This document shows, piece by piece, positions 11,250 through 20,000 of a stretch of 20,000 bases of DNA (the stretch's first letter is position 1; each line of letters starts with the position of its first letter). A program made the position numbers and the translations under genes. The notes beneath the pieces are model-generated. The model was not told the DNA's origin. It saw nothing but the letters and a program-made list of their open reading frames with translations, and did no database searches. The DNA is from Priapulus caudatus (lineage: Eukaryota). The DNA lies in contig NW_014577061.1 in the NCBI RefSeq assembly GCF_000485595.1, positions 267,535-287,534 of the forward strand. The letters are read 5' to 3'.

Positions 11250-11267
<18 letters not shown>
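9035..11267 (+). repeat. Segmental duplication, copy 2
   Basis: Direct repeat of 1-2233; homology ends inside the (TA)n tract. The true left end may lie upstream of 9035. Confidence 0.97.
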
Positions 11268-11280
<13 letters not shown>

Positions 11281-11360
11281 CATATAAGTGTGTGCGTGTG
11301 TGTGTGTGCGCGTGCGTGCGGGCGTGCGTATTGCGGGTACTTGCGTTCGAGCGTGCGTGC
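11250..11360. repeat. Compound (TA)n-(TG)n-(GCGT)n microsatellite
   Basis: Seen directly; marks the end of duplication copy 2. Confidence 0.9.
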
Positions 11361-11640
11361 TTGAGTACGTGTGTTCGTGAGGGTGTTATAGGGAAGGCAG
11401 CAAGGCTGGGCAATTGTAATTATTAAAATGGGAAATATTTGGGTTTCATTTTTTATGTCTAACTACTCCCGACTCTGTATTCTCAATATTTATCGTATGA
11501 CATCAACAAAACTGGTATTGTTTGTCATCATGATACTGGTATTCAACGCGACACTAGCGCCGACAAACGGCGTAGACATGTATACATCATTCTTCCATTG
11601 CAATTTGTAAGAATCCGTTCTTTCTTATATATAATATAAT

Positions 11641-11705
11641 CAGGAGTGAATAATAATAGATAGATATTAATATTTAATTAATTAGTCTCTTATTATTCAC
11701 TCATG
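11641..11705. mobile_element. 65-bp palindromic remnant with 7-bp TSD
   Basis: ATATAAT|CAGGAGTGAATAATAATAGA...TCTCTTATTATTCACTCATG|ATATAAT. Confidence 0.65.
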
Positions 11706-12084
11706 ATATAATTATATATATATATATATATAGTTATAATTATATCATACATTTAAATTCAAGGAAATCTCTGTTTTTAGCAGTTAATAGGTATTCGCTT
11801 ACACGGATCAAACGGCACAATCTCTGCCATAATATAGGAAAGTTGGCATTTCATCATATACTAGGCATTTATATAATTATTGAAACGGGGAATTGACTCT
11901 TCCATTTTCCAATACAAACTATTTGAGAGTCCGTGCTCTCTACACTTAACGTATAATCTCAACAAAAAATACATATCGTTTGGCATCACACACTCGTATT
12001 CAACGCGACACTAGCGCCGACAAACAGCACAGGATTTCATATATCATTCTATTTGCGTGGAATTTCAATATCTGCAGACATATA

Positions 12085-12175
12085 CATGGGCGCAAATGTC
12101 ATGGGGACACGGCGGACACATCCCCCCACTTTTCAAAGGGTGTGGGACACAATATCAAATGTCTCCCCAGGTTTT
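12085..12175 (+). repeat. Probable left end of a MITE-like interspersed repeat
   Basis: CATGGGCGCAAAT followed by GGGGACACGGCGGACACATCCCCCCACTTTT, a GC-rich small-hairpin terminus. Confidence 0.45.
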
Positions 12176-12552
12176 TCAACATGTGCTTCTGCATAATTAT
12201 AAGCCCCTTCTATAATATTATTATTTTGTGCTTGTCTCCACTAAATGAAAAAATAGAAAGTATAAAAAATGACTCCCGCTCATGAACCGCTCCCGCTCCG
12301 AAACTGAATACAGGAACCGCGACCGTATACGGCTGCTATGGGTGCCCTAGGTAGGGGATATTGAAAGGACTTACTAGTCTCGAGTTCCAGAATCTTGTCA
12401 CTCCATATCCGATCCTACTAGCATGCACATGGATTTAACGTAGACTTGTAATATGTAAGGCTAGTACGCGCGCGATCGCTAGCTGTTCAGTAGCTATTGA
12501 TATCTGTGGTACATATGTACATTCGTATATATATTTTATATACATTTCGTAT

Positions 12553-12657
12553 ATATTACGTACTATTATTTATGTCGTACTGCACGCCTGAAACGGTGCT
12601 CGCGCATGCGCAATATCCCCAAAATAGAATAATATTTTGCAAAAATTTTGAATTTAA
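12553..12657. repeat. Isolated partial satellite unit upstream of the array
   Basis: CGTACTGCACGCCTGAAACGGTGCTCGCGCATGCGCAATATC...ATTTTGCAAA matches the array units. Confidence 0.85.
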
Positions 12658-13119
12658 GGATACTCTCAACCTTTTGCACGGGTATTACTCTAATGAAGAT
12701 TAAACGTTTATTGACGAATAAATCGAATCAATGTCGTAATCACTTGTTTTTTTTATAGAGGAGATATATCTCTATGCTCAAGGCAAAAAATTTCATGAAA
12801 TTTCCAGCACCTAATTATGTTATCACAAAATTTTGAATTTCTCAATTACCAGAAAGAGTGAAGATACAAAATTTTCGCCTACTATATATACATCGACTAC
12901 TAAGTCAGAAATTGGAACGGAGAAATCAGCGTTTTTCTGACGTCAGCCGCGGCTCACTACACATGTACGCGGGCAAGCAAAACGCTGTGACAGTTCACAT
13001 GTACCGCTATATGGAGATATGACACAGCATGTACACAGGTGGTACATAGTGTTAGCCATCGAATAAACTTGAAAATGAAAAATCGGTAAAAAAATTTCCT
13101 AAAACCTTGAGAGTTATCT

Positions 13120-15926
13120 TAAAATGAGGAGGAGTTATCCTAGCCTAGATTTTTATGTGATAAAATTTTATCAGTAGACCTCAGCTCAGAAATAAGAAGC
13201 AGACTTTGCATGTAATGTCCCCGCTGCATATACCATTCCGTACATAACCTGACTACGTTAGTGTTTTATCGCATGCGCAATATCTCACCTGAGTTTTATT
13301 TTATGATAAAAACGCATTTAGTATGGTCAGTGGATATTTCAACAAAGGTTTCTGTAATAAATTCTTATCAGTAGGCCTGTACGTGTTTATAGTTAGCAGA
13401 GCGCCCTAGCCTGTAGGGTGCAAAACTCTTTCTTTATCCCTGCCCGCCCTTTCCCTTGTCTTCATTGTCGCACGCTCAGCATCCATCTTCTTTTACCGCC
13501 CCTCGGCTGTCTTCCCTGCCACCTTCCCTTAGTTTCCCACCCCTCTCTCCCTCATCAAGCTATATTTACGTACTTTTTCTTTGCCCGTACTGCTTGCCTA
13601 AAACGGTGCTCGCGCATGCGCAATATCTCCCAAGAATAATAATATTTTGCAAATATTATGCATTTAAAATTGAGAGGGGTTATCCTAGCATAGATCTATA
13701 TAATAAAATTTCATCAGTAGACCTCACTTCAGAAATAAGAAGCAGACCTTGCATGTAATGTCCCCGCTGCATATACCATTCCGTACATAACCTGACTACG
13801 TTAATGTTTTATCGCATGCGCAATATCTCACCAGAGGAGTTTTATTTTATGATGAAAACGCATTTAGTATGGTTAGTGGATATCTCGACAAAGGTTTCTG
13901 TAATAAATTCTTATCAGTAGGCCTGTGTTTATAGTTAGGAGAGCGCCCTAGCCTGTAGGGTGCAAAACTCCTTCTTTATCCCCGCCGCCCTTTCCCTTGT
14001 CTTCATTGTCGCACGCTCAACCTCCTTCTTCTTTTACCGCCCCTCGACTGTCTATTCTGCCACCTTCCCTCAGTTTCCTACCCCTCTCTCCTTCAGCAAG
14101 CTATATTTACGCACTTTTCCTTTTGCCGTACTGCACGTCTGAAACGCTGCTCGCGCATGCGCAATATCTCCCGAGAAGAACAATGTTTTGCAAACATTAT
14201 GAATTTAAAATGAAGAAGAGTTATCCTAGTATAGATCTATATGATAAAATTTCATTAGTAAACTTCACTTCAGAAATAGGAAGCAGACCTTGCATGCATG
14301 TAATGTCCCCGCTGCATATACCATTCCGTACATAACCTGACCTAAACGTAGTGTTTTATCGCATGCGCAATATCTCACCAGAGGAGTTTTATATTATGAT
14401 GTAAAACGCATTTATTATGCAGTGGATATCTAGACAAAGGTTTCTGTACAAAATTCTTATCAGTAGGCCTGTGTTTATAGTTAGGAGAGCGCCCTAGCCT
14501 GTAGGGTGCAAAACTCCTACTTTATCCCCGCCACCCTTCCCTTTGTCTCCATTGTCGCACGCTCAGCCTCCTTCTTCTTTTACCGCCCCTCGTCTGTCTT
14601 CCCTGCCACCTTCCCTTAGTTTCCCACCCCTCTCTCCTTCAGCAAGCTATAATTACGTACTTTTCCTTTGCCCGTACTGATGGCCTGAAACTGTGCTCGC
14701 GCATGCGCAATATCTCCCGAGAAGAAGAATATTTTGCAAACATTATCAATTTAAAATGAAAAGGGGTTAATCCTAGCATAGATCTATATGATAATATTTT
14801 ATCAGTAGACCTCACTTCAGATAAGAAGCAGACCTTGCCATGTAATGTCCCGCTGCATATACCATTCCGTACATAACCTGACTACGTTAGTGTTTTATCG
14901 CATGCGCAATATCTCACCAGAGGAGTTTTATTTTATGATGAAAACGCATTTAGTATGGCAAATGGATATCTCGACAAAGGTTTCTGTAATAAATTCTTAT
15001 CAGTAGGCCTGTGTTTATAGTTAGGAGAGCGCCCTAGCCTGTAGGGTGCAAAACTTCTTCTTTATCCCCGCCCGCCCTTTACCTTGTCTTCATTGTCGCA
15101 CGCTCAGCCTCCTTCTTCTTTTACCGCCCCTCGACTGTCTATTCTGCCACCTTCCCTCAGTTTTCTACCCCTCTCTCCCTCAGCAAGCTATATTTACGTA
15201 CTTTTCCTTTGGCCGTACTGCACGTCCGAAACGGTGCTCGTGCATGCGCAATATCTCCCGAGAAGAACAATGTTTTGCAAACATTATGAATTTAAAATGA
15301 AGAGGGGTTATCCTAGTATAGATCTATATAATAAAATTTCATCAGTAGACTTTACTTCAGAAATAGGAAGCAGACCTTGCATGCATGTAATGTCCCCGCT
15401 GCATATACCATTCCGTACATAACCTGACTACGTTAGTATTTTATCGCATGCGCAATATCTCACCAGAGGAGTTTTTTTTATGATGAAAACGCATTTAGTA
15501 TGTCAGCTGGATATCTAGACAAAGGTTTCTGTACAGAAATTCTTATCAGTAAGCACTGTGTTTATAGTTAGGAAGCGCCGCTAGGCCTGTAGGGTGCAAC
15601 TCCTAGCTTTAATCCCCGCCCGCGCCTTCCCTTTGTCTCGCATTGTCGCACGCTCAGCATCCTTCTGCCTTCCACCGCCCCCTCGACTGTCTTCTCTGTC
15701 ACCTTCCCTCAGTTTTCTACCCCTCTCTTCCCTTCCAAGCTATATTTAGCATACTTTTCCTTTTGGCCGTACTGCAGCGTCTGAACGGTTTGCTCTAGCG
15801 CATTCGCAATATCTCCGCAAAGAAGAACAATGTTTGCAAAACATTATTAATTTAAAATGAAGAGAGGTTATCCTAGTATAGTATCTCTATGATAACATTT
15901 CATCAGTAAGACTTCACATCAGAAAT
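13120..15926. repeat. Tandem array (satellite) of ~543-bp units, about 5 copies
   Basis: The GTG of the marker GCCTGTAGGGTGCAA recurs at 13418, 13960, 14506, 15046 and 15594 (spacings 542, 546, 540, 548). Confidence 0.96.
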
Positions 15927-16967
15927 GGGTATTGCTGAGGTTTAGGGGCAAATTCTGCAGTTTTAAAATACTGAATTGTTTTTAATCGTCCTTTTGGCAA
16001 TTTATGGAAATTTTTGTCAATATTTGTAACACTGCCTGGCCCTGAAACCACAAAGATTATTAACTTTTTACTTTTTGTATACCTTTTATAAGGGCTATAA
16101 GCATCAACTTCCGGTAAACAATTTTGTAAGCGAGTTGATGTAACGGAGTTTGATAATTTGTCATGTTTGACGCTTGGTTGTTGCCACATGGAGCAAAGGG
16201 CAAGAATCAAAGTAATATGTTTTATTGCAAGAGGTCTAATATGCCTGTCTCCTCAATGTTATGATGTTTGATTCTATGGTTACTTATCAAACAATTTGCG
16301 TAAGACAGAGGTGATGATGCATTTAAGTACGCATTATTTTTGCAACTTTTCCCACTTCGAAATGTGATGCTGTGTTGTTGTCGCTGATTGTCTGTTTGTC
16401 GATTGGTCTGATTGGTCCTGTATTTGGTCTGATTGGATTCTGATTGGTCATTGGGTAACACCATTGTCTTATGAATAGATGGCAGCACAATACAGTCGTA
16501 ATCCATTAAATATCATATAAACACTTATATGTTGTATATGATATCTATGGTCGTAACGGAGTTGATAAAATTGCAGGACAATTTAGGGTCTGAGGTTCAC
16601 GCCCTCTTTACACTTATGGTCACAGTGCCCATGAAATTTGCTGAATTACAGTTGAAAACAATAGCAAACCCCACGCCAAGCTAGATTTCCCGATCCTGAA
16701 TGATGACAACAGCTTCAAATCATTGGTGGAAATGGCTACCATGGTTTATGGGAGCGGTCATTCCGAGACCATCTGACATATGAACTTAATTTTTTTTAAG
16801 AAATTTCACGGTGTATATGAAATATCCATTTAGATGCTAATTTTTTACGCAGGATTCAAGGACTTCCTGTCAAACAAAAAAGATTGATTCAAAACCATGG
16901 CAAGTCATTGAAGAATTCTGCAAGGGTGGTCAGGACAATAATTTGCCCCCTAACCTCAGAATCACCC
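15927..16967. mobile_element. Non-autonomous TIR DNA transposon, Sola-like, copy 1 (1041 bp)
   Basis: Right TIR AATTTGCCCCCTAACCTCAGAATCACCC intact, left TIR with indels; AAAT at 15923-15926 and 16968-16971; uninterrupted units read CAGAAATAGGAAG; no transposase ORF. Confidence 0.88.
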
Positions 16968-17160
16968 AAATAGGAAGCAGACCTTGCATGCATGTAAAGT
17001 CCCCGCTGCATATACCCTAACATAACCTGACTATGTTACTGTTTTAGCGCATGCGCAAAATCTTACCAGAGAAGTTTTATTTTGTGATGAAAATGCATTT
17101 AGTTTGGTCAGGAGGTATCTCAGCATCAATTTCTGTAATAAATTATTATCGTTAGACCTG
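16968..17160. repeat. Continuation of the 543-bp satellite after the transposon insertion (diverged terminal partial unit)
   Basis: Resumes with AAATAGGAAGCAGACCTTGCATGCATG at the point where the unit was interrupted. Confidence 0.9.
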
Positions 17161-18199
17161 AATATGGGGGTGGGTTCGGAGTGAAATGTTGCAAAATGTA
17201 TTGCTATTGTCTAAGGTGTATTCTTCTTTATATTGACTCTTGTTCCTTGATGTACTGCATATTCAGCTGTACTGCACATTCCCCAATTGCATAATTATTG
17301 CAAATGGGGCATCAATGTAAAAGGAAATGAACAGGCTTTCCAGTGATACCAAATGCAATTATAATAATACAGGTACCAGAGAGATATCATCGATCAAACC
17401 TGAATTTCCGAACTTTTTTAGGAGTGTACATGAAAAGTCTCCAAAATCAAAAAAAACCTTCTGCATTTTACGGGTTAAGAGACACAGGGTCAAGACGGTA
17501 TTCGTAGTGTCTTTCATTTTAGATACAGTGTAAACAAACGTCTATTACTTTATATACAGTGTTTACATTAAAGGTAGTAGCCCTCAATTGCACTCCCTCC
17601 CAATTTTCATATAATTTCATGTGTAGATGCCATCAGGATATTTTCTTCGAGTTCTTAAGGCGTCTTCCAGTCGCCTTAAGAGGAAAACGTTCAATATTTT
17701 TTTTTAATGTCGCATTATAACCATTAATCCAATGATGTGATATGTTTACTTTGATGAGTCACAATGAGCCAAACTTTGTTCGAGACCTCCCACGATGCTT
17801 TGCAAATGAGGGCTACTACCTTTAAAGGAAAATGGGATTCCAATCCTTTTTTTTTATCTCAGACTTCAGTATCCATAAAAATAAACATGTTTCACTCAGT
17901 GAATGGGTGTGATTCGAGTACATGTAAAAAGTTTAAATTTTGTTTTGAGATAAATTTAAGAGATACATAAAGATATCATAGTTGAAGCTACCATACTTTA
18001 ACACGTTAAATTCTGAATATATTATTTGCCCCCCCCCCATCCTCAAAATGGATCGAAGTCCCTGATGGAATACGATCAACGATATACACGAAGAAGTCAA
18101 AGAAGCATTATTTGAAATGGAAAGTTTTGAAAATTCATCGATCTCTAGTGATCAGATGACCTAGTTTATGGCATGTAAACTATACAAACAATAGTTGAT

Positions 18200-18382
18200 A
18201 CTTAAAATGCGCAATTAAAATGCGCGAAAATGAACCTTTTAGATAAAATTCGAAAAGTTCCTACCGTTGAACGGGGATACCCACCACCCAGCTCCCCCCT
18301 CGCTCGCTGCTTCGCTCCCTCGTAGGCTCTTGAACCACGTCTGGTCCCCCCCCGCACTTTTTAAACTGGATTTGCGTCCCTG
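18200..18382 (+). repeat. Probable right end of a MITE-like interspersed repeat
   Basis: CTCGCTCGCTGCTTCGCTCCCTCG, a C-run, then GGATTTGCGTCCCTG; a similar end GGATCGAAGTCCCTG lies at ~18050-18064. Confidence 0.45.
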
Positions 18383-18543
18383 GACATGCCACCCTCCTTT
18401 TTGAATGCTTAAAGTCAGCCCTACGTCATTTCATTTCGGCGTCACGTCGCCGACATTTCCGCGTTATATATATGTGTAATAGTATAACAAGGGATCTGTG
18501 GCAGAGTACTGCTGCCATTGAAGTAGCGAGGTCGCGATTTGCG

Positions 18544-18931
18544 AAGGTTTCTGTACAAAATTCTTATCAGTAGGCCTGTGTTTATAGTTAGGAGAGCGCC
18601 CTAGCCTGTAGGGTGCAAAACTCCTACTTTATCCCCGCCCGCCCTTCCCTTTGTCTCCATTGTCGCACGCTCAGCATCCTTCTCCTTCCACCGCCCCTCG
18701 ACTGTCTTCTCTGTCACCTTCCCTCAGTTTTCTACCCCTCTCTCCTTCAGCAAGCTATATTTACCTACTTTTCCTTTGGCCGTACTGCACGTCTGAAACG
18801 GTGCTCGCGCATTCGCAATATCTCCCAAGAAGAACAATGTTTTGCAAACATTATTAATTTAAAATGAAGAGAGGTTATCCTAGTATAGATCTCTATGATA
18901 ACATTTCATCAGTAGACTTCACTTCAGAAAT
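18544..18931. repeat. Satellite unit duplicated from ~15521-15926
   Basis: Shares diagnostic variants with the last array unit (CTGTCACC, TTCCACC, GCATTCGCAA, ATTATTAA). Confidence 0.92.
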
Positions 18932-19927
18932 GGGTGATTCTGAGGTTAGGGGGCAAATTGCAGTTTTAAATTACTGAATTTTTTTTATCATCCCTTTGGC
19001 ATATTTATGGAATTTTTTCAATATTTGTAACACTGTGGCCCTGAAACCACAAAGATTATTACACTTTTTTACTTTTTTGTATACCTTTATAAGGGCCTAT
19101 ACATCAACTCCGTTACAATTTTGTAACGGAGTTGATGTAACGGAGTTGATAATTTTGTCATGTTTGACCTTGTTGGTTCCACATGGAGCAAGGGCAAGAT
19201 GCAAATAATATGTTTTATTCAAGAGGTCAATATGCATGTCTTCCTCAATTTATGATGTTTGGTTTCTATGGTTACTTATCATACAATTTGCGTAACAGAG
19301 GTGATGAATGCATTTAAGTACGCATTTATTTTTGGCAAATTTTCCACTTGAAATGTGATGCTGGTTGGTCTGATTGGTCTGATTGGTCTGATTGGTCTGA
19401 TTTGGTCTGATTGGATCTGATTGGTCATTGGGTAACACCATTGTCTATGAATAGATGGCAGCACAATACAGTCGTAACCATAAATATCATATAACAACTT
19501 ATATGTTGTTATATGATATCTATGGTCGTAACGGAGTTGATAAAAATTCAGGACAATAGGTCTGAGGTTCACCCCTCTTACACTTATGGTCACAGGCGCA
19601 TGAAATTTTGCTGAATTACAGTTGAAACAATAGCAACCCCACCCAAACTAGATTTCCCATACCTGAATGATGACAACAGCTTCAAATCATTGGTGGAAAA
19701 TTGGCTACCATGGTTTAGGACAGGTCATTCCGAGACCATCTGAACATTGAACTTAATTTTTTTTTAAGAAATCTCATGTATATGAAATCCATTTTAGTGC
19801 TAATTTTTTACCAGGATCCAAGACATTCGTCAAACAATAAAATTGATTCAAAACCTGGCAAGTCATTGAAGAATTCTGACCAAGGGTGGTCAGGACAATA
19901 ATTTGCCCCCTAACCTCAGAATCACCC
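18932..19927. mobile_element. Non-autonomous TIR DNA transposon, Sola-like, copy 2 (996 bp)
   Basis: Perfect 28-bp TIRs GGGTGATTCTGAGGTTAGGGGGCAAATT (18932-18959) and its reverse complement (19900-19927); 4-bp TSD AAAT (18928-18931, 19928-19931). Confidence 0.92.
19362..19427. repeat. (GATTGGTCT)n 9-mer minisatellite inside the transposon (noisier copy at ~16385-16449)
   Basis: About 7 units; gives the QTNQTNQ / IRPIRP translations on the minus strand. Confidence 0.9.
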
Positions 19928-20000
19928 AAATAGGAAGCAGACCTTGCATGCATGTAAAGTCCCCGCTGCATATACCCTAACATAACCTGACTATGTTACT

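Noticed and set aside
13418..15422. Repeated ORFs (MQNSFFIP..., MSSLSHAQ...) as a tandem gene family
   Set aside because: They start at GTG/TTG, are broken by frameshifts in other units and have no recognisable domain; by-products of the satellite.
15914..16506. Minus-strand ORFs in the transposon as transposase fragments
   Set aside because: Short, not preserved between the two copies, and no DDE/DDD motifs.

Overview
AT-rich, intron-containing animal genomic DNA (invertebrate; the repeat style suggests a deuterostome such as an echinoderm, which is inference). The first third holds the 3' exons of a + strand STAC-like adaptor gene (Ser/Pro-rich linker plus tandem SH3 domains, stop at 6760-6762). 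The N-terminal/C1 exons are not visible. Bases 1-2233 recur almost identically at 9035-11267, ending in a (TA)n tract. The right third is a ~543-bp tandem array with alternating unit types. It is interrupted by a ~1-kb non-autonomous DNA transposon (28-bp TIRs, GGG..CCC ends, AAAT TSD; Sola-like), and that unit+transposon block is present twice. The most unusual signal is a set of tiny (34-65 bp) CA..TG palindromes flanked by 7-bp direct repeats, resembling P-superfamily transposon excision footprints. Most ORFs in the supplied track are spurious.
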